This document shows positions 38,965-49,383 of a stretch of 64,000 bases of DNA, piece by piece. A model generated the notes under the pieces. The model had not been told where the DNA came from, made no database searches, and saw nothing but the letters and a program-made list of their open reading frames with translations. The first letter of the stretch is position 1; every line of letters starts with the position of its first letter. The position numbers were made by a program, and so were the translations under genes. Source of the DNA: Nitrospinales bacterium (GTDB lineage: Bacteria; Nitrospinota; Nitrospinia; Nitrospinales; VA-1); the NCBI GenBank assembly GCA_965223345.1, contig CBDCWG010000012.1:2304001-2368000 (forward strand), read 5' to 3'.

Positions 38965-40368
38965 ATGCTGGAAATCGCATTGCCAAAAAACTATAACCCG
39001 GAACGGCGTTACATCTGCCAGGTGATGTTCAATGAGTTTCTAGGAATACCCGTTCGCTTTTGTGAGGGTGTTGAACCAAACTGGGTGGTTACAGGAAAAG
39101 ACGGTAAGAAACTCATCATTTCGGATGTGCTGTTCCAATCACCTTTGGAAAACTGGCTCAAGCCGAATTCGCTTCCTGAGAGACCCATCAAGCGAATCGA
39201 CTTGAAAGATACCGTTTTTTCGTCTGTGACGGACTATCCGGATATACCGGTCCTTTATTCTCGGATTAATGGAACCGAATTTTATGAAATAAAACAGAAT
39301 GAAATATCTTTGGCCATAGATATTTTCGGTTCCAGTTTCTTCATGCTCACGCGTTATGAAGAAATCGTGAGTTCCAAGCTCGACGAACATGGAAGATTTC
39401 CATCCAGGGAAACCATCGCCTATCAAGAGGGGTTTTTAGAGCGGCCCCTGGTGAACGAGTATTTGGAAATACTCTGGGTATGCATCGAAAAACTGTGGCC
39501 CGACATGGAAAGAAAGGAAAGAAAGTTTCGGGTTCGTATCAGTCACGATATCGATCGTTCTTTCATGTTTCATTCGATGGATTATGGTCTTTGGATCAAG
39601 TATGTCGCCGGGGATTTGATTTTTCGAAAAAGCCCGGCGCTTGCATGTCAAACGATTAAAAATGGTGTGCTGCGTAAGCTCAATCGATTGAAAAAAGATC
39701 CGTTTGATACGTACGACTGGTTGATGGATATCAGTGAAAAAAATTCAATCCAGAGTGAGTTTTATTTTCTCTGTGGGGGATACGGCAAACGATTCGGCCC
39801 CAATTATAAAATCGATGATGAAAAAATTACGGATCTGTTTCAGCGGATACATTCCCGTGGTCATAAAATCGGCATTCATCCCAGTTATCAGACCTATATC
39901 TATCCGAAGCAACTGGCCCATGAAGTCGAGGCGTTGACGCAGACTCTTGACAAGCTTGGAATCGCCCTCGATGAAATCGGAGGCCGCCAGCATTACTATC
40001 GCTGGCAGAATCCGACCACCTGGCAATTGTGGGAGGACAGCGGTCTGGCTTACGATTCTTCGCTGGCTTTTGAAGAGTACGTCGGTTTTCGCTGTGGAAC
40101 CTGTTATGAGTTTCCGGTTTTTAATTTACACACTTCCTCCGCATTGAGACTGAAGGAGAGACCTTTAGTCATCAATGAAGACACGCTTTTTAACAATGAC
40201 GGGTATCCCGATCTATCGTATGAACAAAAATGCGAAAAAGGTTATGCATTGAAAAAAGCGACGCGAAAATACAATGGCGTGTTTGAAGTGCTATGGCACA
40301 ACGATGGGTTTTACGGGAATGAACGATCGATAGAGTTTTACAAGAATATCCTTCAAAACCAGAATTAG
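38965..40368 (+). CDS. Polysaccharide deacetylase-like protein with N-terminal extension
   Basis: DIFGSSFFMLTRYEE, D.HGRF, SHDID, IGIHPSY, GRQHY, YDSS and LWHN motifs. Confidence 0.8.
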   Translation: MLEIALPKNYNPERRYICQVMFNEFLGIPVRFCEGVEPNWVVTGKDGKKLIISDVLFQSPLENWLKPNSLPERPIKRIDLKDTVFSSVTDYPDIPVLYSRINGTEFYEIKQNEISLAIDIFGSSFFMLTRYEEIVSSKLDEHGRFPSRETIAYQEGFLERPLVNEYLEILWVCIEKLWPDMERKERKFRVRISHDIDRSFMFHSMDYGLWIKYVAGDLIFRKSPALACQTIKNGVLRKLNRLKKDPFDTYDWLMDISEKNSIQSEFYFLCGGYGKRFGPNYKIDDEKITDLFQRIHSRGHKIGIHPSYQTYIYPKQLAHEVEALTQTLDKLGIALDEIGGRQHYYRWQNPTTWQLWEDSGLAYDSSLAFEEYVGFRCGTCYEFPVFNLHTSSALRLKERPLVINEDTLFNNDGYPDLSYEQKCEKGYALKKATRKYNGVFEVLWHNDGFYGNERSIEFYKNILQNQN

Positions 40369-40414
40369 ACGAGCAACGTTTCAATTCTGATATCAGCTCG
40401 ATAAGGCGATATAT

Positions 40415-42307
40415 ATGTGTGGTATTGCAGGAATCGCAACGCTTAAAAAAGAGATGGATGTTTCCACCCGAATCCAGCGGATGATGGCGGTTCAATCGCA
40501 CCGTGGGCCAGACGGTGAGGGGCAGTGGATTGGAAACTGTGGTGAAAGTCTGGTCGCTTTGGGCCACACTCGATTGGCCATATTGGACCTGTCGATAGCG
40601 GGAAAACAACCCATTCAATCCGATTGCGGAAGGCATATTCTGATTTACAACGGTGAAATTTACAATTTCAAAGAGTTGAGGCAAGAGCTTGAGGCTGCAG
40701 GAGCTGTCTTTCGCACTCAATGCGATACGGAAGTGGTATTGCAATCCCTGCTTCATTGGGGCGTGGAAAGTTTTGCAAAATTCAATGGAATGTGGGCGCT
40801 TGCCTGGCTGGATAAGAAAACAGGGGAACTGCTTCTATCCCGGGATCGCTTTGGCGTGAAGCCGTTATACTTTTGCAAGGATGATGACGAACTGTATTTT
40901 GCTTCTGAAATAAAAACCATTTTAAAAGGGAAGGCTGAAAAAGTATCTATCAATTATTCCGCTGCGGGACGCTATTTGAGACAGACCCTGTTGGATGCTC
41001 AAGGCGAAACCTTTTTTGAAGGGATTCGGCGTCTGCTGCCAGGTCATCTGCTGCGGATCAATCTGAAAGATGGGTGGAGAAACGATCTGTCGATCGAATG
41101 CTTTTGGAAGATCCCCGAGGAAGAGACGCTCAACGGCAGCAACGGATCGCGAAAAAAGTTGATTGAAGAAATACGGGAAACCTTTGTGGATGCCGTTCGA
41201 TTGCGGCTGAGAAGCGATGTCCCTGTGGGTGTGTTGTTGTCTGGTGGAATCGACTCCTCCAGCATCGCTTCCGCAATGAATGAAATATTGGGAAAAAATG
41301 GCGAGTGGCATATTTTATCCGCTGTCAGCGACAACCCCAATTACGATGAACAGGTCTACATCGATAATGTCGGCGAATATCTCGGAAAGAAAATAGAGAA
41401 GATCCCGCTCCATTTCCAGCTGGATTCGATATTCAAGTTGTTGGAAGAAGTGTGCTGGGTTAACGATGAACCAGTCGGTTCTCTTTCCAACATCGCTCAT
41501 TATCTCATCATGCAACGCGCCAAGGAGCTTGGGATCACGGTGCTCTTGAGTGGCCAGGGGGCTGATGAATTGCTTTGCGGTTATCGCAAATATCTTGGGT
41601 TTTACCTTCAAGGTTTGTTGAAAGATGGGCAGTATTTAAAAGCAGGAAAGGTGTTTGAGAGATTCGTGAGCCGTAGGACCATCGTCTCACAATTCGCATT
41701 CCGCGAAGCCAAAAGGTATCTACCTGGATTTTTAAAATACGGTGAAGTGAATGCACTCGGTCCCCGATTGAAAGAATATGCGGGCGATTTGAATGTGGGG
41801 TTGGGCAACAAGACCCTCATTCAGCGTCAAATTGCCGATTACGAACATTTCTCCATTCCTGCATTAACGCATTATGAGGATCGGATGTCGATGTCGATGT
41901 CCCGGGAAATCCGTTTTCCATTTTTGGATTATCGATTGGTCAATCTCATTATGCCGCTGCCCCCAGAATATAAACTGCACGACGGTTGGACCAAGTGGGC
42001 GTTCCGAAAAGCTATGGAAGGCCACCTTCCGGAAGAAATTGTCTGGAGAAAAGACAAGCAGGGGTTTATCAACCCGCAAGAGGAATGGTTCAAATATCAA
42101 TTGAAGGAAAAAATTGAAGGCATTTTCAATGGATCTTTGCTCGTCGAAGACGCCGGGTTGATCGACCGGGAAAAAATAAAACAGAAATACGGTGATTACC
42201 GGCGACAATCCGCAAATCGGGGAACGGTTTCTTTTGCAGACATATTCAATGTCGTCGCTCTCGAATTCTGGATGCGAAGGTACGAGGACTGGCTTTCTCT
42301 TTCATGA
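40415..42307 (+). CDS. asnB: Asparagine synthase (glutamine-hydrolysing)-like amidotransferase
   Basis: MCGIAG, HRGPD, NGEIYN, LSGGIDSS, SGQGADE and EIRFPFLD motifs. Confidence 0.93.
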   Translation: MCGIAGIATLKKEMDVSTRIQRMMAVQSHRGPDGEGQWIGNCGESLVALGHTRLAILDLSIAGKQPIQSDCGRHILIYNGEIYNFKELRQELEAAGAVFRTQCDTEVVLQSLLHWGVESFAKFNGMWALAWLDKKTGELLLSRDRFGVKPLYFCKDDDELYFASEIKTILKGKAEKVSINYSAAGRYLRQTLLDAQGETFFEGIRRLLPGHLLRINLKDGWRNDLSIECFWKIPEEETLNGSNGSRKKLIEEIRETFVDAVRLRLRSDVPVGVLLSGGIDSSSIASAMNEILGKNGEWHILSAVSDNPNYDEQVYIDNVGEYLGKKIEKIPLHFQLDSIFKLLEEVCWVNDEPVGSLSNIAHYLIMQRAKELGITVLLSGQGADELLCGYRKYLGFYLQGLLKDGQYLKAGKVFERFVSRRTIVSQFAFREAKRYLPGFLKYGEVNALGPRLKEYAGDLNVGLGNKTLIQRQIADYEHFSIPALTHYEDRMSMSMSREIRFPFLDYRLVNLIMPLPPEYKLHDGWTKWAFRKAMEGHLPEEIVWRKDKQGFINPQEEWFKYQLKEKIEGIFNGSLLVEDAGLIDREKIKQKYGDYRRQSANRGTVSFADIFNVVALEFWMRRYEDWLSLS

Positions 42308-42321
42308 GGGAATTCTGAAAA

Positions 42322-43431
42322 GTGAAAAACAAGATATGCATTCTCACCAGTGTCCATTCCGCTTTTGACGATCGGATATTCCACAAACAGGCCAAATCCA
42401 TTGTGAAAAATGGCTATCAGGCTGTATTGATTGCGCCACATAAACAAGCCGAACAAGTCGATGGAGTGAACATCGTTCCCTTGAAAATTCGAAAAAACAG
42501 GCTGTCCCGATTGATATTTTCTAACATTGAGCTACTGAAAAAGGCAATCGATGAAAACGCGGCCGTGTATCACTTTCACGATCCGGAAATCATTCCCATC
42601 GGTCTGGTGCTCAAATTGCTAAACAAAAAAGTGGTTTACGATATCCACGAAGATGTGCCCAGGGATGTCATGGAAAAAGGGTGGATCCCGCTCTTTTTGA
42701 GAGGAATGGTTTCGAAAAGTATCGATTGGCTGGAACATTTTGCCGGCAGGCGTTTTGACGGCATGCTGGGGGCCACGCCATATATTGCGAAGCGATTTGG
42801 CGGTTCTGATATTCGCAATGTGATGTCGGTTTGCAATTATCCCATGTTGGAAGAATTCAGCCGCAAGAATGGACACAACGGAAGTTCTGATAAGCCTGTC
42901 TGCTACGTGGGAGGAATCACGGAGGCGAGAGGGATTCGCGAGATGATCGGTTCTGTGTCCAGGACGAATTTACGATTGAGCCTCGCTGGCGTGTTCCATC
43001 CGGAAGAACTGAAAGGCGAAGTGCAAACTCAACTCGGGTGGGACAAAGTGGACGAGAAAGGTTTCCTGGATAGAGGCCAAGTCGCAGATCTTCTCTCAAA
43101 TTCATTGGCCGGCCTGGTCATCCTGCATCCGACCACCAGTTACCAATATTCCTATCCCATCAAATTATTCGAATACATGGCAGCGGGTATTCCCTTTATC
43201 GCCTCTGATTTTCCAGTCTGGCGGGAATTGGTCAAAGGGGTGAAATGCGGTCTGTTTGTGAATCCTTTGGACCAGAAAGATATCGCCAAGGCGATTCAAT
43301 ATCTGGCGGATCATCCGGATGAAGCCAGGCTTATGGGAGAACGAGGCCGGAAACTCATTGAAGAGAAATACAACTGGAAGGTGGAGGAGGAGAAAATCCT
43401 GAAACTGTATGCGCATTTGCAGCAAAATTAG
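42322..43431 (+). CDS. Glycosyltransferase family 4
   Basis: TSVH...D.RIF, HFHDPE and PIKLFEYMAAG motifs. Confidence 0.9.
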   Translation: MKNKICILTSVHSAFDDRIFHKQAKSIVKNGYQAVLIAPHKQAEQVDGVNIVPLKIRKNRLSRLIFSNIELLKKAIDENAAVYHFHDPEIIPIGLVLKLLNKKVVYDIHEDVPRDVMEKGWIPLFLRGMVSKSIDWLEHFAGRRFDGMLGATPYIAKRFGGSDIRNVMSVCNYPMLEEFSRKNGHNGSSDKPVCYVGGITEARGIREMIGSVSRTNLRLSLAGVFHPEELKGEVQTQLGWDKVDEKGFLDRGQVADLLSNSLAGLVILHPTTSYQYSYPIKLFEYMAAGIPFIASDFPVWRELVKGVKCGLFVNPLDQKDIAKAIQYLADHPDEARLMGERGRKLIEEKYNWKVEEEKILKLYAHLQQN

Positions 43432-43439
43432 AAGAAAGC

Positions 43440-44534
43440 GTGACTATCATGAATGAGGAAAATAGAAATGATTCACAGGAACCGATCCATGTATCTGTAG
43501 TCGTCCCCACTTATAACGAGAAAGATTTTATCGAAAACTGTCTGGAATCGATCATGAACAACGGGTATCCGGAAAAATATCTGGAGATCCTTGTGTGCGA
43601 CGGGATGAGTGATGACGGAACACGGGACATCGTGGGGCGAATGAAAAAGAAATATCCCGCAATCCATTTGATCGACAATCCAAAGCGGCACACCCCCTCT
43701 GGATTCAACGCGGGTATACGCGCTGCCAAATCGGATGTGGTGATTATCATGGGCGCCCACGCGCATTACTGTAAAGATTATATTCGCAAGAATGTGGAGC
43801 GGCTGTATGAATACAATGCCGACAATGTGGGTGGTGTGCTCATCACCAAACCCAGAAATACGGGGCTGATATCGAAAGCGATCGTGTCTGTCTTGACCAG
43901 CAAGTTCGGCGTTGGAAACTCTAAATTTCGTACCGGCTCGAACGATCCCATTGAAGCGGATACGGTATTCGGGGGGTGTTACAGAAAGTCTGTATTCAAC
44001 CGGATAGGGCTGTTCAACGAAAATCTGATCTGTTCGCAGGACATCGAATTCAATATTCGTTTGAAACGGGCGGGTGGGAAGATATTGCTGTTCCCGGATA
44101 TCCTGGTCGAGTACTTTGCGAGATCCCGTCTGTGGGAGTTTTTGCAGCATAATTTCAGAAACGGATTCTGGGCAGTGTATCCATTCAAATATACGGATTA
44201 CATGCCTGTGAAAATTCGGCATTTGATCCCATTATTTTTTTTCCTGGCTCTGATGGGATGCACTTCCTTTGCCCTTCTATTTGACTCGTATTATCTATTG
44301 AAGCTGTTGTTGGTGTTGTATTTCTCAGCTGCATTCTATTTTTCAGCGATGCAAGCGATCAAGGAATCCAGGCCGATCAATGTAATCCTGTTGCCTTTCC
44401 TGTTTTTCTCCCTTCACCTCAGCTATGGAGCCGGATCCTTGTTGGCGGTCATAAAGCTCATCACATCAAAAGATTTTTGGCTGTGCTGGTTTGGGAAAAT
44501 GCAGAAAAGCGAACCGCGTTCTGTGAAAATATGA
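43440..44534 (+). CDS. Glycosyltransferase family 2 (ExoA-like)
   Basis: VSVVVPTYNE, DGMSDDGT, QDIEFN and C-terminal TM segments. Confidence 0.88.
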   Translation: MTIMNEENRNDSQEPIHVSVVVPTYNEKDFIENCLESIMNNGYPEKYLEILVCDGMSDDGTRDIVGRMKKKYPAIHLIDNPKRHTPSGFNAGIRAAKSDVVIIMGAHAHYCKDYIRKNVERLYEYNADNVGGVLITKPRNTGLISKAIVSVLTSKFGVGNSKFRTGSNDPIEADTVFGGCYRKSVFNRIGLFNENLICSQDIEFNIRLKRAGGKILLFPDILVEYFARSRLWEFLQHNFRNGFWAVYPFKYTDYMPVKIRHLIPLFFFLALMGCTSFALLFDSYYLLKLLLVLYFSAAFYFSAMQAIKESRPINVILLPFLFFSLHLSYGAGSLLAVIKLITSKDFWLCWFGKMQKSEPRSVKI

Positions 44535-44537
44535 ACT

Positions 44538-45536
44538 TTGAATCTTGATATGAAACTGCAAAAGATACCTTCATTGGTTGAAGAAAACCGGAGTAGTGAC
44601 TGCACCAATTGTATTTTTGAACAGCCCTGGTGGTTGGACGTGGTGGCTCCGGGCGAGTGGGGCGAAGTGGTGGTCCAAAACGCGGATCGTGTGTCGGCCC
44701 GTTTGCCTTATGTGCAGAAAAAACGATTTGGAAAGACGTTCATCCTGATGCCGCCTTTGACGCAAACCTTGGGGCCCTGGTTCGAACCCATCACGGGAAA
44801 ATATTCCAATATCGCCAGCAAACGGAAAGAGTTCATCAATAAACTGTTGGATCAGCTTCCCCCTTATGACTTTTTGAGGATGGAGCTTCACTACAGTCTG
44901 GATAACTGGCTCCCCTTTTATTGGCGCGGATTCACGCAGACCACTTATTATACCTACGTGATCGAGGATTTGTCCGATCCGGAAAAAATCTGGAACGGCT
45001 TCGACTCCACTGTGCGTAATCGAATACGCAAAGCGCAAAAACTGATTCGGGTCCACAACGATCCGGATATAGAAAAGTTCATTCACATCAACAAGCTCAC
45101 CTTTGAGCGGCAGGGCATGTCCTTGCCCTACGAAGAAGAATTCATTCGCAGGCTGGATTCCGCGTGCAGCCGCAATGGCGCCCGCAGAATATTTTTTGCG
45201 GAAGATGAAAATGGCAACACGCATTCCGCTATTTATATTATTTGGGACAAAAACTCCGCCTATTACCTGATGGGGGGGATCGATCCCAAAAATGCAGCGA
45301 GTTATGCGAACCCACTGTTGTTTTGGGAAGCCATCCAATTCTGTTCTACCGTCACAAACAAGTTTGATTTTGAAGGATCGATGGTGGAGCCGATCGAAAA
45401 GTTCATGCGCGGATTCGGCGCGGTGCAGAAACCCTATTTTGAAGTGATGGATACGAGTCAATCCATAAAGATGTTGATGGCGGGTGTGGATATGTTTGGC
45501 GGACTGCGAAAAGTGAAAAGCTGGGTTCAGGGCTGA
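44538..45536 (+). CDS. GNAT/FemAB-like acyltransferase
   Basis: IFEQPWWLD, PPLTQTLGP, RNRIRKA and FDFEGSM motifs. Confidence 0.8.
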   Translation: MNLDMKLQKIPSLVEENRSSDCTNCIFEQPWWLDVVAPGEWGEVVVQNADRVSARLPYVQKKRFGKTFILMPPLTQTLGPWFEPITGKYSNIASKRKEFINKLLDQLPPYDFLRMELHYSLDNWLPFYWRGFTQTTYYTYVIEDLSDPEKIWNGFDSTVRNRIRKAQKLIRVHNDPDIEKFIHINKLTFERQGMSLPYEEEFIRRLDSACSRNGARRIFFAEDENGNTHSAIYIIWDKNSAYYLMGGIDPKNAASYANPLLFWEAIQFCSTVTNKFDFEGSMVEPIEKFMRGFGAVQKPYFEVMDTSQSIKMLMAGVDMFGGLRKVKSWVQG

Positions 45537-45586
45537 TCCCACCGGGAGGATTTTGAGAGCAAAATACGGATTAGGCAGTTCGGATA

Positions 45587-47017
45587 TCAGTTTTGAATGT
45601 TGTCTATCAGATTGTGAAGCATGCCTTGCAGGATTTTATCGTCGGCCAGACTTTGCGTGAACGAAACGGAGCCGGCGTTGAACAGCCATCCCCCGTTTTC
45701 CAGTTCTTTGAATGTCATGCAGGCCGGGCCTTCTTTGTTGGTGCCCATTGCCAGCACGATAAATCCTGCGCTGGCGGCGGTCAATTTGTCTGTCTCGTAA
45801 CCGCTGGCGCCATAAGCGCCGCTGGAAATTTCGATTTCATCGCCGTAATTATGGCGGGAAAACTTGGCCGATTTCGAACGCATCGAGTTGTTTCCCGCGC
45901 CGATTTCATCTCCCTGGTTGAGTTTCAGGCCTTTGAATATCCAGTGGTCAGGCTGTTCTACCCGGTATCCGGAGGAGGTCAGGTAACCCAGCGCATTGTA
46001 TGCGGCGCCGATCAATCCGGATATTTCCAGGGCGTCGGTTTCCTCTTTGATGACCGCCAACGCGTTTTCCAGGAACTGAACTTCGCGGTATAGATTGTTC
46101 CCGGAAAGAAAAAGTATTTTGGTTCCCGCCTGCATGGACTGACTCAATCGGCCCATCATTTCCTGTGACCAGTATTCGCTGTGCGTGTTGAAGATGAACC
46201 CCTGTGCCGTTTCCGAGCCGTTAAACGCAAAATCGCGGTCGGTGATCAGGTTATAGGAAATCCCTTTATCTTCTAAAAAGCGAATCAAATTCCATTCCCC
46301 GCGTATCAGGTGGGAGAATGATTTTTTCCGCTTGCCCTCGAGGTCTTTCAGATCGCGATCAATCCTTGAATTGGGGCGGGCAAATGCCAGCGGAGTGATC
46401 GGGAAATAATGCCGGCTGCCGATTTTAAAGCGCCAGTTTAAAAACTGAAACAATTTCAGGATCAGCTTGAGCGGGTAGGGCGTGATGAAGTCTTTATAAA
46501 ATGATTTGCCGCCAAAATCGTTATAGGCCTGCCAGGTGTTGCTGGAAGAGACGACCCACAAGCGCTCCGGTTTGTTCGATCTAATAATGAAGGGAACGCG
46601 AAAAGCCGATTCGGGTTTGTGTTGATGCGAGATCCTGGCAAAGAACAGCCCTTTCCCCCAACCTTCGGTGCTCAATGTGCAATTGGTTTTCCAGTCCAGA
46701 CCCTTCCAGGGGGTGAACGCATTGGACATCACCGATGGGTTGATGTGTTCCGATATATCGAGTTTTTTGAGAGAGCTGCCCAAGTGGAAGATTTCCACGA
46801 CCGCCGGTTTGTGGGTGTGAATGCACAAGGAGAGCGGTTCCCCCTGCTTTATGGAATGAACGGGAAGGTAGGCCACCGGATCCGGAAGGCGCACATGGAT
46901 GTTCCATTTTTTCAGGATGTACAGATACACATGCTGGGCGGCGGCAAATGCAGTGGCAAACGCAATGAGCGCGGTTATTGCCAGTAAAATGAGAAGCAGA
47001 TAAGAAACAAAATCCAT
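45587..47017 (-). CDS. N,N-dimethylformamidase beta-subunit-like (DUF6605-like) protein with N-terminal membrane anchor
   Basis: NTWQAYNDFGGKSFY, F.RP, HSEYWS, LSGN, GYETD and FNAGS motifs. Confidence 0.75.
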   Translation of the reverse strand: MDFVSYLLLILLAITALIAFATAFAAAQHVYLYILKKWNIHVRLPDPVAYLPVHSIKQGEPLSLCIHTHKPAVVEIFHLGSSLKKLDISEHINPSVMSNAFTPWKGLDWKTNCTLSTEGWGKGLFFARISHQHKPESAFRVPFIIRSNKPERLWVVSSSNTWQAYNDFGGKSFYKDFITPYPLKLILKLFQFLNWRFKIGSRHYFPITPLAFARPNSRIDRDLKDLEGKRKKSFSHLIRGEWNLIRFLEDKGISYNLITDRDFAFNGSETAQGFIFNTHSEYWSQEMMGRLSQSMQAGTKILFLSGNNLYREVQFLENALAVIKEETDALEISGLIGAAYNALGYLTSSGYRVEQPDHWIFKGLKLNQGDEIGAGNNSMRSKSAKFSRHNYGDEIEISSGAYGASGYETDKLTAASAGFIVLAMGTNKEGPACMTFKELENGGWLFNAGSVSFTQSLADDKILQGMLHNLIDNIQN

Positions 47018-47045
47018 CCGAAGATTCAAAAAGAGATTTCAGGGT

Positions 47046-48053
47046 TCATTTTGCGGAAGGGTGAAAAAACTTTCTCAGCATCGTTCTCGGTGCGTAATAC
47101 AGGTCGTAAGCCGCATCCCGGGCCCAGTAGATGAAAGGGTATTTTGATTTGTAAAACCAGGATTGCTCGAAAGGAGTCACGCCGTATTTTTTTTTGTATT
47201 CGCCCTCTCCACCCCAGTCGTGCCAGCGCATTCCCTTTTTTTTCCAGTAACGCATCGCGTGCCAGTGCAACGCTTCATTCGGCCGCACGTTCTGATATTC
47301 CCTCAGGCTGGCATTTCCCCAGAAATATGAGAATTTGTTGATCCCCGTGTAGATTCCCGTTGCGATGATTTTATTTTCTTTATTTCTGGCTTGCAGGAGC
47401 AGGAGATTGCCCGAACCGTGATAATGATCGATCAGGTTCTTCACCCGGTCGATTCCATATGTGGGACGCAACCCCTGTTTCCTGAAAACATCCTGCAACT
47501 GTTCGAAATAGATTTCAGCGAACCCTTCCTTGGGCGCCTCTTCGATCACCACACCTTCTTTGTTGGCTTTGCGGATGCAACGCTGGCAGGAACTTTTCAT
47601 CTGCTTGAACAATTGTTCTTCCGGCAGAGAAAGATCCGACAAATAGCAGTAAAACGAGCGGTGGCGGTAGCCCAGACCTTCCGTGTCCTTGCGGGTCAAG
47701 AAGCGATCGTTGATCTCCAGATGCAACGCTCCCAACTCTCTAAAGGCAAAAGACTCGAAGGTTTTCAGTGCATCTCTACGCGGTATCCCCTCCGATAAAT
47801 TGAAACCCATATAGGGCGTGGTCCAGCCCGGGAAGGGGCTGCCCAGAATAGGCAGGCCAAACTTTCTGAAACGAATGCCGGTGAAATAGCCGCTCACACG
47901 TTCGCCGTCGAGCAGCGATGCGATCACCACTTCTCCACCTGTGAACTTCATGAGGAATTCAAGCCAGTTTTTGGTCTGCGAAAAGGTTCGGTCGGAAAAT
48001 CGGTCCAGGTGAGACCAGTCCACAGCCGAAAACGGCACCTGTTCCCATTTCAT
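47046..48053 (-). CDS. FemAB/FemX-like GNAT acyl/aminoacyl transferase
   Basis: CIRKA.K.GV, RPNEALHW and DWGG...YKKKYG motifs. Confidence 0.8.
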   Translation of the reverse strand: MKWEQVPFSAVDWSHLDRFSDRTFSQTKNWLEFLMKFTGGEVVIASLLDGERVSGYFTGIRFRKFGLPILGSPFPGWTTPYMGFNLSEGIPRRDALKTFESFAFRELGALHLEINDRFLTRKDTEGLGYRHRSFYCYLSDLSLPEEQLFKQMKSSCQRCIRKANKEGVVIEEAPKEGFAEIYFEQLQDVFRKQGLRPTYGIDRVKNLIDHYHGSGNLLLLQARNKENKIIATGIYTGINKFSYFWGNASLREYQNVRPNEALHWHAMRYWKKKGMRWHDWGGEGEYKKKYGVTPFEQSWFYKSKYPFIYWARDAAYDLYYAPRTMLRKFFHPSAK

Positions 48054-48378
48054 TGTCGTGACCTGGATGAAGATCGCACGTTTGCAAACAAGTTCAGAGT
48101 AACAAGGAAATACAAGGGAATAGTAAGTCGCTGGTTGTGGGGAAATTTGCGAAATTCTAATACGAACTCGATGGGATTGAAAGGTGAAAAAACGGCTTCC
48201 CGCTAACGGGTTGAAATCGTGTTCATGTAAAGCTTAAGAAAAATACGTGCCAATCTGAGGGTGTGCAGACCCTTGAGGATGAAAGAGGGGGACTGAGAAA
48301 GTTCGCAGGATTAGGAAGGGAAGGGGGAAGTTTACGGTTGGAGAATCACCCGTGCTGGCGTGCCGGCGCACGGCATTA

Positions 48379-48410
48379 TTTTGAAGGGGGAGAAACCTCC
48401 CCCTCAAAAA
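48379..48410 (-). terminator. Rho-independent terminator (potentially bidirectional)
   Basis: ttttga-agggggag-aaac-ctccccct-caaaaa. Confidence 0.75.
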
Positions 48411-48447
48411 CGCGATGTGCTTGGGAGTTCTGGAAAGTGCGTGCGGG

Positions 48448-48753
48448 TCAGGAGGAAACTTCGTTGTTCTTTTTGTTCATCAGCTCAAGCATGCCCGTGG
48501 CCACCACGATGATTCCGCTGATCAAATACAAGTAGGCTGTCCATGCGGTGTCGCCGGAAAGAGTCACGAAATTGATTTTGTGGAAGGTGAAGCCTAAGTA
48601 AAAAACGAACGCATAGGTTCCCAGGATTCCAAGTTGATGCCTGCGGAAAAAGAGGCAAAGAGAAACGAAAATCATGAAGGTCGCAATTTCAAGCGGGAAC
48701 CCCCCTTGGTTCGCTTCCGTCCAGGACCAGGACGCTTGGGCGATCATATCCAT
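48448..48753 (-). CDS. Small hypothetical membrane protein (~3 TM)
   Basis: AAAGGAG RBS, three hydrophobic stretches and a downstream terminator. Confidence 0.75.
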   Translation of the reverse strand: MDMIAQASWSWTEANQGGFPLEIATFMIFVSLCLFFRRHQLGILGTYAFVFYLGFTFHKINFVTLSGDTAWTAYLYLISGIIVVATGMLELMNKKNNEVSS

Positions 48754-49383
48754 TGGCCACTCCTTTGAGATGGTGCCATCCAGGTTTTGACATCTTAAAT
48801 TTACCTATAATGTTAGTTTCAGGTAAAAGGGCTGGTAAGTCAACGCTCTATTTTTAAAGGGTTTGATTTGTCATGGCCCCAAACGGGAAGCTGGTTTGAC
48901 CGCGGTTTTTCAAGCCTATTCCTCTTTCTCCACCGATTCGCCGGCAAGCAGAGATTGGAATCGTACGCCTGGAGCTGTGCGCCCCCAAAATCCACGGAAT
49001 GACCGGCAAAAGAGTGGAGTAACGGCAAAAACAGCGGCACTATCTGATTGATTTTAAATAATCATAATAATTAAATTTAAATAAATTTATATTTAATATT
49101 GCTTATTTAGACAATTTTGGTTAGTTTTCCACTGAATTATCGGAACAACCGCTTTGCCGCAGTGGGGATGGCGTCCTTTTCCTCTCGCGCAGACGGAGTT
49201 CTATCTGACAGCAATGGGTTTTTGCCTGGAGCCCATTTCCCTTTCAAACACCGCACTTCACAAAAATACAGAGAAACTGAATTTCAGCCTAATTGAGCCG
49301 CATTTTGATTGTCACAGCGCAGCGAGATCGTTGATTGCCTTCAGGCGGCGGTGCGCTCCGGAAAAGGAGTGGGAGGTATCGTT

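Noticed and set aside
48787..48811. TTGACA...TATAAT pair
   Set aside because: Spacer is only 13 nt.
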